Below are positions 10,751 to 20,581 of a stretch of 46,076 bases of DNA, in pieces (the first letter of the stretch is position 1; every line of letters starts with the position of its first letter). Both the position numbers and the translations under genes were made by a program. Source of the stretch: an uncultured Spartobacteria bacterium (GTDB taxonomy: Bacteria; Verrucomicrobiota; Verrucomicrobiia; Chthoniobacterales; UBA6821); the NCBI GenBank assembly GCA_903823215.1, contig CAIJRY010000204.1, positions 1 to 46,076 on the forward strand, read 5' to 3'. The notes beneath the pieces were generated by a model. The model was not told the DNA's origin and ran no database searches. It saw only the letters and a list, made by a program, of their open reading frames with translations.

Positions 10751-11757
10751 GTGCCCGGATCGTTTCAGGTGGGGAAGGTGTTGAGGAAGCCGTGGCGATT
10801 CTGCGTCGCGGGGAGGTGGTCGCCCTTCCGACAGAGACCGTCTATGGGCTTGCGGGAGATGCCTTCAATCATCTGGCTGTAGCACGCATTTTTGAGGCAA
10901 AGGGACGCCCCCTTACCGATCCACTGATTGTTCATCTGCCGGAATCCGGATGGCTCGATCGTGTGGCTCTCTTTGAGTCTGCTTCGCAACGCGCCCAAGT
11001 CGATCAAATAGCCGCCGCCTTCTGGCCGGGACCATTAACCCTGATTTTAAAAAAGCATCCCGATTTGCCTGATCTCGTCACAGCAGGGATGCAGGATGTT
11101 GCAGTACGAGTCACAGCACACCCTTTGTTTCGGGAAGTGCTGCGTCAGTTGAATTTTCCATTGGCCGCCCCCAGTGCCAACCGTTTTGGAAAAATCAGTC
11201 CCACGAGTGCTGAAGATGTCCAGAATGAACTTGGTAGTATGATCCCTTTGATACTAGAAGGAGGGCCTTGCGAGCATGGCATGGAATCAACCATTGTGGT
11301 TGTCAAGGGGGGGAATCTGGAGATCCTTCGTCCGGGTCCGATAACCAGGGAACAACTGACTGAATATGGACATGTTGCCCCTCCCTCTGAAGCTGTGAAG
11401 ACACCGGGAAGTCTTCCAAGTCACTATGCCCCCAAAAAAGAACTTCAAATCATAGAGTCAGACATCATGGATTGGATTTCCGCTTCTGGGAGAAAAAATG
11501 CCGCCCTTCTTGCTTTTAGATCCCCAACGCCAGTGGTCATTGAACAATGTACCGCCTTGGAAGTTTTAAGCTGTTCCGGTGATCTTCGTGAGGCAGCAGT
11601 TCATTTTTATGGAGCCTTGAGAAGACTTGATCAGTCTCAATCGGACATCATTTTTGCCGAAGCTCTCCCTGAAGTTGGTATTGGAGTAGCAATCATGGAT
11701 CGAATGCGACGTGCTTCCCATGGGTCAAGGCATGCGTCATTTTCTTCGCATGAGTGA
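10747..11757 (+). CDS. tsaC: L-threonylcarbamoyladenylate synthase (Sua5 type, with C-terminal Sua5 domain)
   Basis: [39 protein letters not shown]; GTGA overlap with purE. Confidence 0.95.
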   Translation: MSARIVSGGEGVEEAVAILRRGEVVALPTETVYGLAGDAFNHLAVARIFEAKGRPLTDPLIVHLPESGWLDRVALFESASQRAQVDQIAAAFWPGPLTLILKKHPDLPDLVTAGMQDVAVRVTAHPLFREVLRQLNFPLAAPSANRFGKISPTSAEDVQNELGSMIPLILEGGPCEHGMESTIVVVKGGNLEILRPGPITREQLTEYGHVAPPSEAVKTPGSLPSHYAPKKELQIIESDIMDWISASGRKNAALLAFRSPTPVVIEQCTALEVLSCSGDLREAAVHFYGALRRLDQSQSDIIFAEALPEVGIGVAIMDRMRRASHGSRHASFSSHE

Positions 11758-13336
11758 CGATCGCCTCAATACCAAAGCTGCCGGAGTAGTCGCTGGGGCT
11801 GTCATGCTCAGCCGTGTTTTGGGCTTAGCCCGAGAGCTGATCTTTGCCGGACTTTTCGGGGCAGGACGGGGTATGGATGCATTTTTGACGGCCTTCAGGG
11901 CACCGAATCTGCTGCGCGATCTTTTTGCCGAGGGAGCACTCTCAACAGCTTTTGTTACCGTTTTTTCACAACGCATTGCCAAGGAAGGGGATCAATCAGC
12001 CTGGAAACTCGCTGCGAAGATGATGACGCTGACAACAATCTTCATGAGTCTAGTCTCTCTCTTGGGGGTAATTTTTGCAGCTCAGTTCATCGGATTTCTG
12101 GCACCCGGTTTCCCGGCGGAAAAGGCAGCCCTGACCATCGAACTGACGCGGATCATGTATCCTTTTATCCTGATGGTTTCGCTCGCGGCATTGGTCATGG
12201 GAATGCTCAATTCTAGGAATCTCTTCACAGCCCCGGCGTTGGCTTCCAGTTTCTTTAACATCGGATCGATCGCGGGCGGCGTCGCCTTTGGCTGGTGGAT
12301 CGACCCCCACTTCGGTGAAAAGTCCCTGATCGGACTCGCTCTGGGCACCCTTCTCGGAGGACTGCTTCAGTTGGGAGTTCAGATACCATCTCTTTATAAG
12401 GCTGGATTTCGGTTCATGCTGGACTTCAACTGGCGCGATCCCGGGGTGAGGCAGGTGTTGCTCCTGATGCTCCCGGCCGTGATTGCAGCGAGTGCCGTGC
12501 AGGTGAATGTGATGATCAACAGCATCTTTGCATCCTATCTTGGAGATGGTCCTGTAAGCTGGCTCTCCTATGCGTTCCGCCTGATGCAGTTGCCGCTTGG
12601 TGTCTTTGGGGTGGCTGTGGCGACGGTGACTCTGCCGGTAATTTCCCGCGCCTCGGCTCTCGGGGAGATAGGAAGATTCAGCGCGACGCTGGCTCGGGCA
12701 ATGAGGCTTGCAGTCTTTCTCACTTTTCCATCCGCCGTTGGGCTGATCATGCTTGCGCAACCCATTATCGCCCTGATCTATCAGCGGGGAAAATTTCATG
12801 ACGCGGACTCCCTCCACACTGCGGAGGCCCTCCAGTTCTATGCCATCGGGCTTGTGGGATACTCCTGTATCAAGGTGCTGGCTCCGGCCTTCTATGCCAT
12901 CAACCGCAAATGGACTCCGATGACGGTGAGCTTCATTTCCATCGGGCTCAACCTGCTGCTCAACTGGATCTTCATCTTTCAACTTCGGATGGGACATTGC
13001 GGACTGGCGCTATCCACCGCCATCTCGGCGACGGTGAACTTCTCCCTGCTCTATTTGTTTATGATACGGGTTGCAGGCTCGTTGGAATCCCGCGCCATGA
13101 TCAGTACCCTTGTGAAATGCTTCCTGGCCTCCCTCCCGATAGCGGCGGTCGGATGGCTGACTCATCCTTGGCTGGTTTCACTCGGTCACTCGTCGGTTGG
13201 GATGCGTGCCGGGGCCCTGTTTGCGGTGATCACGGCTGCCGTTACTCTTTTTTTGATTTCCAGCTGGTTTCTCAAAATCGAGGGGCTCTCTGAGTTCCTC
13301 GGAGTCATGGCCAGAAAGCTCCGGCTGAAATCCTAG
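11750..13336 (+). CDS. murJ: Lipid II flippase MurJ (MviN)
   Basis: SRVLGLARE, DAF..AFR.PNLLRDLFAEGA, RLMQLPLG; about 14 TMs. Start set at ATG 11750. Confidence 0.95.
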   Translation: MSDDRLNTKAAGVVAGAVMLSRVLGLARELIFAGLFGAGRGMDAFLTAFRAPNLLRDLFAEGALSTAFVTVFSQRIAKEGDQSAWKLAAKMMTLTTIFMSLVSLLGVIFAAQFIGFLAPGFPAEKAALTIELTRIMYPFILMVSLAALVMGMLNSRNLFTAPALASSFFNIGSIAGGVAFGWWIDPHFGEKSLIGLALGTLLGGLLQLGVQIPSLYKAGFRFMLDFNWRDPGVRQVLLLMLPAVIAASAVQVNVMINSIFASYLGDGPVSWLSYAFRLMQLPLGVFGVAVATVTLPVISRASALGEIGRFSATLARAMRLAVFLTFPSAVGLIMLAQPIIALIYQRGKFHDADSLHTAEALQFYAIGLVGYSCIKVLAPAFYAINRKWTPMTVSFISIGLNLLLNWIFIFQLRMGHCGLALSTAISATVNFSLLYLFMIRVAGSLESRAMISTLVKCFLASLPIAAVGWLTHPWLVSLGHSSVGMRAGALFAVITAAVTLFLISSWFLKIEGLSEFLGVMARKLRLKS

Positions 13337-13396
13337 GGAAGCTGACCTCTCAATGCTGAGAGCGCAGCTCGGTTGACTTAACTTACCATGGGTTGG

Positions 13397-13816
13397 CTAC
13401 TCGCCGTCGACGCTGAACTTTCCCGGGCCGATGAGCAGAAGGGAGAGGAAGAGTGAACCAAGTTCGGTGGCATGAGAGGCGACTTCCCATTTGTCCAGAA
13501 AACTTCCCGGGGTCGTGTGAAAGTGCATCGTGGTCGCCACCACCATGGTGGAGAATAGGAAAAGACATGCGGGACGGAAGGCGAAGCCGATGAGCATCAG
13601 AAATCCACCGACTGCTTCTGAAAGAGCCGCCATCAGGCCCCAGAAAATGGGGTAGGCACCGACTCCGACGAACTGCATCGATTTGCCCAGCTTGATCCAG
13701 AGATCGGGCCCCTCCATTAACTTTGGGAGTCCGTGGGCAAGGAATGAAAGCCCGATCAATATCCGCAGGAGAAGAAGTCCTGCGTCGCGGTATTTGCTTA
13801 AGCTTTTGAGAATCAT
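13397..13816 (-). CDS. DoxX family membrane protein
   Basis: GLLLLRILIG..F..HG..K, E..GG, C-terminal GPGKFSVD. Confidence 0.85.
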   Translation of the reverse strand: MILKSLSKYRDAGLLLLRILIGLSFLAHGLPKLMEGPDLWIKLGKSMQFVGVGAYPIFWGLMAALSEAVGGFLMLIGFAFRPACLFLFSTMVVATTMHFHTTPGSFLDKWEVASHATELGSLFLSLLLIGPGKFSVDGE

Positions 13817-13933
13817 CGGATGGGAATGCCAGCGGAGTGCCTATGGGGCAAGAAAAATACCGCGACGCAGGCATTTACATAAAATGGTCATTCCTGATTT
13901 CAATCCCGTGCGGGCTCGCAAGTTTTGCGTTCG

Positions 13934-15193
13934 CTACACTTTGACCCGTTCGATGTGGGCACCCAGTGCATTGAGTTTCTCATCGATGCGCTCGTAGCCA
14001 CGGTCGATGTGATAGACGCGGTTAATCTCAGTCACGCCATCGGCTCGGAGTGCTGCCAGCACGAGAGCCGCTGAGGCGCGCAGGTCGCTTGCCATCACCG
14101 GTGCACCACTGAGGCGATCGACTCCGTGGATCGTTGCATGATGGTCGTCCAGGATGATGTCGGCTCCCATGCGCTTGAGTTCGGCGATGTGCATGAACCG
14201 CTGAGGAAAGACGGTTTCGGTGACCACGCTGGTACCGTCCATCGTGGAGAGCAGGGCGCAGAACTGGGCCTGCATATCGGTCGGAAATCCAGGATAGGGA
14301 ATCGTTTCCAGATGAAGAGGGTGCCTTGCACCGTTGGGGGAGACGGTGACGCTATCCTGAGTATGGCTAAGATCGAATCCGGCGTTCCCCAGCGCCTCGA
14401 TCACGGCACCGAGATGATTGGGATTGGTGCGGCGGATAGTTACTTTTTTCCCTGCAATCGCACCAGCTACCAGGAAAGTGCCCGCTTCAATGCGGTCGGG
14501 AATGACGCTGTGACTCGCCCCATGGAGTTCCTTCACCCCTTCGATCTCGATATGCTGGGTGCCCGCTCCTGAGATATTCGCGCCCATGGCAATGAGGAAA
14601 TTTGCAAGGTCGACGACCTCGGGCTCCTCGGCTGCTCCCTCAATGACGGTTGTTCCTGTGGCGAGAACGGCGGCCATCATGATGTTTCCCGTGCCCAGAA
14701 CGGTGGGGCCGTGACGGCCTCGTAGATTGATCTTAGCCCCCTTGAGTTCAGTGGCCTGAAGCAAAATGTCGCCCCCTTTGACTGTGACTTTGGCTCCGAG
14801 TGCTTCAAATCCCTTGAGGTGCAGATCAATCGGACGATCTCCGATTACGCATCCTCCTGGCAGCGAAACCTTGGCGGCTTTTTCCCGCCCAAGCAGTGGA
14901 CCGAGCACGCAGACGGAGGCCCGCATTTTACGCACGATCTCATAGGGAGCCTCGGTGAGGATCTTTTCGGCCCGAACCTGAACGACACCGCTGGCGCGTT
15001 CCACTTCGCAGCCGAGTTGACTAAGGATGGTGAGCATGTAGTGGATGTCACTCAAATCGGGAACCCGTTCGATGACGCACCGTTCACGAGTCAGCAATGT
15101 GGCAGCCAGAATGGGAAGGGCGGAGTTCTTGGAGCCGCCGATGCGCACTTCTCCTTCAAGGCTGCGCCCTCCATGCACAAGAATTTTATCCAT
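13934..15193 (-). CDS. murA: UDP-N-acetylglucosamine 1-carboxyvinyltransferase
   Basis: [20 protein letters not shown] (catalytic Cys), [20 protein letters not shown]. Confidence 0.97.
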   Translation of the reverse strand: MDKILVHGGRSLEGEVRIGGSKNSALPILAATLLTRERCVIERVPDLSDIHYMLTILSQLGCEVERASGVVQVRAEKILTEAPYEIVRKMRASVCVLGPLLGREKAAKVSLPGGCVIGDRPIDLHLKGFEALGAKVTVKGGDILLQATELKGAKINLRGRHGPTVLGTGNIMMAAVLATGTTVIEGAAEEPEVVDLANFLIAMGANISGAGTQHIEIEGVKELHGASHSVIPDRIEAGTFLVAGAIAGKKVTIRRTNPNHLGAVIEALGNAGFDLSHTQDSVTVSPNGARHPLHLETIPYPGFPTDMQAQFCALLSTMDGTSVVTETVFPQRFMHIAELKRMGADIILDDHHATIHGVDRLSGAPVMASDLRASAALVLAALRADGVTEINRVYHIDRGYERIDEKLNALGAHIERVKV

Positions 15194-15197
15194 TGAA

Positions 15198-16055
15198 CTA
15201 CTTTATCCTTTCGCTGATTGAATGAGTCGCTTCCACAAACCTCAAGACACCTTGGTAATCGGGAAGGGCAATAATGTCCCGATAATTATGTCGCGCAAGA
15301 GACTCCATGACAGGTTGATGCTGCCCTTTGCCTATCTCCAAAAGAAGATGTCCGCCGTGAGAAAGGTGCTTCACAGCCATCGGAATCAGTCGTTCGATCA
15401 GATCGAGTCCTTCCGCTCCTCCATCGAGGGCGAGTAGGGGATCATGCTGGACTTCGCGGCTGAGTGAAGCGATCTCGGCTGAAGGGATGTAGGGCAGATT
15501 AGCCGTGATAAGATCAAATCGGATGGCTTCTCCGGGAGGCAGGAGATCGGCTTCGGAAAAAATCACGGAGGTCACTCCGAGAAGGATGGCATTTTCACGG
15601 GCCAGAGTGAGTGCTTCCGTCGAAATGTCTGTCGCTGTGATCGTGGCCACGGGTCGCTCCAGAGCGAGCGAGATGGGGATAACTCCGCTGCCGGTGGCCA
15701 CATCGAGGATGGAGTCCAATGACGAATAGGTAAGGGCCCGCTCCACGAGTTGCTCTGTCTCCGGGCGTGGGATCAGGGCCCTGCCATCGCTTTTGAAAAC
15801 TCGTCCGCAAAACTCCACCGTGCCCAGCAGGTGTTGCAGGGGAATGCCAGTTCCGCGTTTGCGGACAAGATCGCGCAGGGGTGCGCGCTCGATTTCTCCG
15901 AGCTGACGGTCAAACTGAAGATAGAGTTCGAGGCGCTTGATGCCCAGCACATGAGCTAGCAGATGCTCCGCATTGAGTCGTGGTGATTCGACTCCCTGCT
16001 TGCCCAGAAATGCTGCGGCTCCCTGCAAGACTTCAAGGAGAGACATCGCTTCCAT
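15198..16055 (-). CDS. prmC: Release factor glutamine methyltransferase
   Basis: LIPRPETE, DVATGSG, NLPY, LDGG; directly downstream of prfA. Confidence 0.95.
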   Translation of the reverse strand: MEAMSLLEVLQGAAAFLGKQGVESPRLNAEHLLAHVLGIKRLELYLQFDRQLGEIERAPLRDLVRKRGTGIPLQHLLGTVEFCGRVFKSDGRALIPRPETEQLVERALTYSSLDSILDVATGSGVIPISLALERPVATITATDISTEALTLARENAILLGVTSVIFSEADLLPPGEAIRFDLITANLPYIPSAEIASLSREVQHDPLLALDGGAEGLDLIERLIPMAVKHLSHGGHLLLEIGKGQHQPVMESLARHNYRDIIALPDYQGVLRFVEATHSISERIK

Positions 16056-16062
16056 CGCCGGA

Positions 16063-17151
16063 TTAAACTGATTCCGAGGTGGAAGCCTCCAGGCGTTCCT
16101 GGGTATCGGTAGCCTCCAGCGTGGCGATCAGATCGACGATTTCCCCCTCCATCACGCGGTCGAGATTATAGAGTGTCAGACCGATACGGTGATCGGTGAG
16201 GCGATTCTGTGGAAAATTGTAGGTTCGGATCTTCTCCTCCCGTCCCCCCGAGCCAATTTGACTCTTGCGATGAGCGGCATATTTCTGGGCCTCTTCCTCC
16301 CGCTTTTCCTCAAGCAGACGGGAGCGCAGGATGGTGAGGGCCTTTTCCTTGTTCTTTTGCTGACTGCGCCCATCCTGACAACGGACGATCTTACCGGTTG
16401 GCAGATGCATGACCTGCACGGCTGAATCGGTGGTATTGACCCCTTGACCTCCCGGGCCGCCGGCACGGCAGACTTCGATCCGCAGATCCTGCGGACGCAA
16501 CTCGATATCGACCTCTTCGGCCTCGGGTAATACGGCCACGGTAGCGGTCGAGGTATGGATGCGCCCCTGAGCCTCTGTGGCAGGAACCCGTTGCACCCGG
16601 TGGACACCGCTTTCGTAGCGCAGACGGCGAAAGACTTCACTGCCGCTGATTTGAAAAATCACTTCCTTGTATCCCCCTGCATCGCTGGGGCTAGCCTCGA
16701 TCAGTTCCTGACCCAGACCATTAGCCTCCGCATAACGGGCATACATCCGGTAGAGATCACCGGCAAAAATCGCCGCTTCGGAACCTCCTGCACCTGCCCG
16801 GATTTCGACGATCGCATCACGATCATCGTCAGGCTGAGGGGGGAGCAGGGTAAGCATCACGGCCTGTTCCAGCTTTGGAATCCGGGCGTTGATCTCTTCG
16901 ATCTCGGCCCTGGCCATTTCGGCCATTTCGGCATCGGAGCCGCTGGCAAACTCTTCATTCTCGATGAGTTGTATGCGTGCCTTTTCCAATGCGTCCCAGG
17001 TTGTGATAAGTTCCTTGACCCGCGCGTGCTCGCGCAGGATCTCACGGGCCTTCTTGGCATCGTCAAAGAGGGCGGGATCGGTGATGGCCTGTTCCAGCTC
17101 TTCAAAACGGACGCGGCGTTTTGCAATCAATGGGGCAAAATCAAGATTCAT
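16063..17151 (-). CDS. prfA: Peptide chain release factor 1
   Basis: HRVQRVPATE (PxT), GGPGGQ, IRTYNFPQNR.TDHR. Confidence 0.97.
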   Translation of the reverse strand: MNLDFAPLIAKRRVRFEELEQAITDPALFDDAKKAREILREHARVKELITTWDALEKARIQLIENEEFASGSDAEMAEMARAEIEEINARIPKLEQAVMLTLLPPQPDDDRDAIVEIRAGAGGSEAAIFAGDLYRMYARYAEANGLGQELIEASPSDAGGYKEVIFQISGSEVFRRLRYESGVHRVQRVPATEAQGRIHTSTATVAVLPEAEEVDIELRPQDLRIEVCRAGGPGGQGVNTTDSAVQVMHLPTGKIVRCQDGRSQQKNKEKALTILRSRLLEEKREEEAQKYAAHRKSQIGSGGREEKIRTYNFPQNRLTDHRIGLTLYNLDRVMEGEIVDLIATLEATDTQERLEASTSESV

Positions 17152-17240
17152 GGCGGTTCATTACGGGAGCCGCCGAGCAGCCTGAACCCAAGCCGGGATC
17201 AAGTGCCTGCTTCCTCCCGACAGAAGTCGGGAGTGGATCG

Positions 17241-17483
17241 CTAGGCTTTCTTTGTCAGCGATGGCTTGGTAGCGCGGGTGGCGCGCACATTACCATAGCG
17301 ACGGGTGAACTTCTCAATACGGCCTGCTGTATCAATGAACTTCTGCTCGCCAGTGAAGAAAGGATGGCAGGAGGAGCAGATACCGATCTTGATGTTGTCC
17401 CGGGTCGAACGCGTCTTGTAGGCAGCACCGCAGGCGCAGATGATGGTGGTTTCGTTATATTCGGGATGAAGACCGGCTTTCAT
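17241..17483 (-). CDS. rpmE: 50S ribosomal protein L31 (Zn-binding type)
   Basis: MKAGLHPEY, CAC...CSSCHPFFTG, GRIEKF; rpmE-prfA-prmC order. TTGCCT-N17-CATGTT lies 10 nt upstream of the start. Confidence 0.96.
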   Translation of the reverse strand: MKAGLHPEYNETTIICACGAAYKTRSTRDNIKIGICSSCHPFFTGEQKFIDTAGRIEKFTRRYGNVRATRATKPSLTKKA

Positions 17484-17569
17484 ATAGCCGATCAACATGG
17501 CCGAAGGAGTCCCCAAAGGCAACTAAAAAGCATTCATTTTCTGATCTCTCCCCGATGGGAAAAGAGGAG

Positions 17570-18730
17570 TCATCCCTTCTGGAACTCGGAGATGAAATCC
17601 ACCAGATGGTTGATTTCATCGGGGGTATTGTAGAAATGCGGACTGAAGCGGAGCCAGTTACCGTGATCACGGGTTTTGCGAAGCGAGGCGGCAATACCGG
17701 CTTTTTCAAGGGCGGAAAAGAGCAGGGCCGGATCGCTCCCCGGGTGACGGGCCGTGACGATGCCGGAGCGCAACGGTTCATGACTGCGCGGCGAGAGGAA
17801 TTCAAAACCGAAATAGGCCAGACTCTTTTCGAGCTGATCGCGGCGTTCCAGAATCAGTGCCGAGACATTATCGATGCCCTTTTCTAGGATCAAGTTAATG
17901 GAGGCTCTCATGCCGTAGATTCCGGCGATGTTCAGGGAGCCCGGTTCGTAGCGGCGTCCTCCTTCCTCAAAGGTGATGGTACGCTGTGCAAGAAAATCCG
18001 GTGATTTCACATTCCATGACCCGAGAAGCGTTGGGCGGCATTCCGAGAAGCGTTCCTTCGAGACATAGACAATGCCTGCGGCCAGTGGACCGAGTAGCCA
18101 CTTGTGGGCATCGGCGGAGAGAAAATCGACTTCCGTGGATGGAGTGGGGAATGCTCCGAGAGTCTGGATCGCATCGAGTGAAAAGAGAATATCCCGAGAG
18201 CGCAGGAGTGATCCGATGGCAGAAATATCAATCCGCCACCCCGTCTGGAAATGGCAGGAGGCAAGGGCCACGAGGCGGGTTGCCGGTGTCAATGCCGCCT
18301 CTACGACCTCAGGTGTGATCTTGCCCAGACTCTCCGGTTCCAGATACCTGATGACCACTCCGAGCCGTTGCAGATTCAGCCAAGGATAGACATTGGCAGG
18401 ATAGTCGTCACCATAGAGCACCACTTCGTCGCCAGCATTCCATTCAAGTCCGTTGGCGAAGAGACTCAGTCCCAACGCAGTCGGGCCAAGCAGTGCAATC
18501 TCACCGGCATCAGCACCGAGCAAAGCCGCCGCATCATGACGGGTCGCAGCGAGCGCGCGGAGGACTCCAGAGAATTCCTGCTGCTCCTCGCAGCTTGCCG
18601 TGATGTAGGACTTCATCGCCTCGGCGGCAACCGTTGGGAGGGCGGTCACGCCGGCATGGGCGAGGAAAATCTTTTTCCGTGCCACGGGAAATGCGGCGAC
18701 CCGATCCTCCTCGGAGAAGCTTGCTGACAT
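17570..18730 (-). CDS. PLP-dependent aminotransferase class V family protein
   Basis: DAIQ, SADAHKW (PLP lysine), RYEPGS, LRFSPHFYN. Confidence 0.88.
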   Translation of the reverse strand: MSASFSEEDRVAAFPVARKKIFLAHAGVTALPTVAAEAMKSYITASCEEQQEFSGVLRALAATRHDAAALLGADAGEIALLGPTALGLSLFANGLEWNAGDEVVLYGDDYPANVYPWLNLQRLGVVIRYLEPESLGKITPEVVEAALTPATRLVALASCHFQTGWRIDISAIGSLLRSRDILFSLDAIQTLGAFPTPSTEVDFLSADAHKWLLGPLAAGIVYVSKERFSECRPTLLGSWNVKSPDFLAQRTITFEEGGRRYEPGSLNIAGIYGMRASINLILEKGIDNVSALILERRDQLEKSLAYFGFEFLSPRSHEPLRSGIVTARHPGSDPALLFSALEKAGIAASLRKTRDHGNWLRFSPHFYNTPDEINHLVDFISEFQKG

Positions 18731-18732
18731 GA

Positions 18733-19110
18733 TCAGGAATTCTTTGCGGCGGTTGCCTTGGAATCCTGCGTCTCATTGATCAAATTCCAAAACTGATCGG
18801 TTTTCTCTGCCTGATCGTCGTCGGTCATCGGCAGCTTCGAGCGGAAGAGAAAATCACGGATTGTGTTCTTATGGAGAACCCGGTGAATCAGGATTCCGTC
18901 GGGATGCCGTTCAAAGTAAATCCGGTAATCGCTGCAACGATAACGGTGGAGGGTGCGACCATCGCGTTTGATCTGGCTGAACTGTTCGCCGATCAGGGAA
19001 CCCAGGTCATCCGGGAGAATCTGAAATTCAGAGAGCAGATCGAGTTGAAGATCCTTCGGAAGGGCACTCATTTCCGATGCGCTTATGGAGTTGAAAATGA
19101 CTTGAAACAC
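18733..19110 (-). CDS. RelE/ParE-like protein without adjacent antitoxin
   Basis: GTG start. FQVIFN first strand, HRYRCSDYRIYF resembling the RelE RxRvGdYRiiY core, then IHRVLH and an acidic tail. Confidence 0.6.
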   Translation of the reverse strand: MFQVIFNSISASEMSALPKDLQLDLLSEFQILPDDLGSLIGEQFSQIKRDGRTLHRYRCSDYRIYFERHPDGILIHRVLHKNTIRDFLFRSKLPMTDDDQAEKTDQFWNLINETQDSKATAAKNS

Positions 19111-19117
19111 GCCGGAG

Positions 19118-19147
19118 AGAGTAATCGGAATGAGCGGATTTGTGCAA
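19118..19147 (-). promoter_or_regulatory. Putative promoter of the RelE-like gene (leaderless-type spacing)
   Basis: Minus strand TTGCAC-N18-TACTCT-N7-GTG(19110). Confidence 0.5.
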
Positions 19148-19180
19148 TGTCTGCAAGAGAACCGATGTGTTTCTTGTTGT

Positions 19181-19780
19181 CTATCGTCTCGGATCGTTGC
19201 GGAAGCTGGAGGCATTGAGCGAGATCACAACCGGGGATTCGTGTTCATAGCTCAGGATGTTGAGCGTACCAGTCTGGATCACAAAATGCCTGCCTGATTG
19301 CGGCGAGAGCCTGAGCCAACGGGCTATCAGGACACGAAGCACATGGCCGTGGGCGAAAATCAGAGCGTCATCATGCAACGCCATCAGGCGGGCGATCACG
19401 CTATCGCAACGATTGGCAACCTGATCGGGAGTTTCCCCGCCGGGAGTGGGTGAGTCAAAGACCGTCCAACCGGGGGATTTTTGGCGAATCTCTTTCGTCG
19501 TGATCCCTTCATAATCGCCATAGTTCCACTCGGTGAGATCCTCGGATGTCTCGGCCCTGTCGGCAAAGCCGGCCAGCTCACAGGTGCGCCGGGCACGCTT
19601 CCGTGGACTGCAAAGAACAAGTTTGAAATCCCAATTTGCCAGCTCCGATTTGAGTTCCGATGCTTGGCGTTCCCCTTCCAGCGTCAGGGGAATCTCGCTG
19701 AAGGAGGTGTGTTTGCCGTTTTTGCTCCACTCGGTTTCACCGTGGCGGACGAGAACAATCTGGGGGCCTGAGGAACGCAT
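19181..19780 (-). CDS. Histidine phosphatase (phosphoglycerate mutase-like) family protein
   Basis: LVRHGETEWS, SP..RA, EWNYGDYEG, AHG. Confidence 0.9.
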   Translation of the reverse strand: MRSSGPQIVLVRHGETEWSKNGKHTSFSEIPLTLEGERQASELKSELANWDFKLVLCSPRKRARRTCELAGFADRAETSEDLTEWNYGDYEGITTKEIRQKSPGWTVFDSPTPGGETPDQVANRCDSVIARLMALHDDALIFAHGHVLRVLIARWLRLSPQSGRHFVIQTGTLNILSYEHESPVVISLNASSFRNDPRR

Positions 19781-19801
19781 GGGGTAATTACTGGTGAAAG
19801 G

Positions 19802-19829
19802 GATGAAACCTGAAACTTGAACCCTGAAG
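19802..19829. repeat. Heptamer tandem array
   Basis: GATGAAA CCTGAAA CTTGAAC CCTGAAG; its reverse complement matches 4315-4342 at 25 of 28 positions. Confidence 0.8.
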
Positions 19830-19855
19830 AAGTAATAAAATCTGGGAATCCCGCA

Positions 19856-20482
19856 TCATGCTACTGCCAGTTCGAGTTCCGATTGATTTGGATCGATTTC
19901 AAACAAAATCGGGATGCTGGTCAGCGAGGGAATAAGGCGGCGGTTTCCCTCCGCTGCGGGATCGTTGGCATCAGCAGGATGATTGTTCAGGATAATACCG
20001 CCACAGGTGAGGCCATGAGCGCGGATGGATTCCAGGGTCAGAAGTGCATGATTGAGGGCACCAAGGCGGTTGCGAACGACTAGCAGTACCGGCAATCCCA
20101 TGGCCTTTGCAAGATCCGCACCTGAATAGCCTATAGCAAGTGGGACGAGCCAGCCCCCGACTCCTTCTACCAACAGGGAACGGTGGGTGCGGTGCAATCG
20201 CTCGAAGGTTGGAAGAATTTCGTCTGGATCAAAAGACCTTCCTTCCAGTCTTGCCGCCTCGATGGGTGCAAGGGGGGCTTTGTAGCAAACGGGAGTGATC
20301 TCCTCCTGAGTCAGCTCAAAGTCGGCAGCGGCCTGAAGCACAAGTGTATCCTCAGGTTCACCGCAGGAGATCGGCTTCATTGCCACCGTGTCAAACCCGG
20401 CCCTTCTAAGGCTTCGTGTGAGAAGGGCGGTAACAAAAGTTTTCCCGGCATCCGTATCCGTAGCGGTGACGAAGAAATTCAT
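19856..20482 (-). CDS. bioD: Dethiobiotin synthase
   Basis: TATDTDAGKT, MKP, VEGVGG, LGALNH. Confidence 0.93.
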   Translation of the reverse strand: MNFFVTATDTDAGKTFVTALLTRSLRRAGFDTVAMKPISCGEPEDTLVLQAAADFELTQEEITPVCYKAPLAPIEAARLEGRSFDPDEILPTFERLHRTHRSLLVEGVGGWLVPLAIGYSGADLAKAMGLPVLLVVRNRLGALNHALLTLESIRAHGLTCGGIILNNHPADANDPAAEGNRRLIPSLTSIPILFEIDPNQSELELAVA

Positions 20483-20494
20483 GGGAGAGACAAA

Positions 20495-20572
20495 GCTGAA
20501 AGCTGAAACTTGAAAGCTGAAAGAAGGAGGATCAAAAACACTCAGAGATTTCTGTTTCTGATTTCCTGAGTT
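20495..20572. repeat. Heptamer array plus degenerate TCAGGAAA-type array
   Basis: GCTGAAA GCTGAAA CTTGAAA GCTGAAA (20495-20522) and ATTTCTGTTTCTGATTTCCTGAG (about 20548-20570). Confidence 0.75.
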
Positions 20573-20581
20573 ACAGATAAA

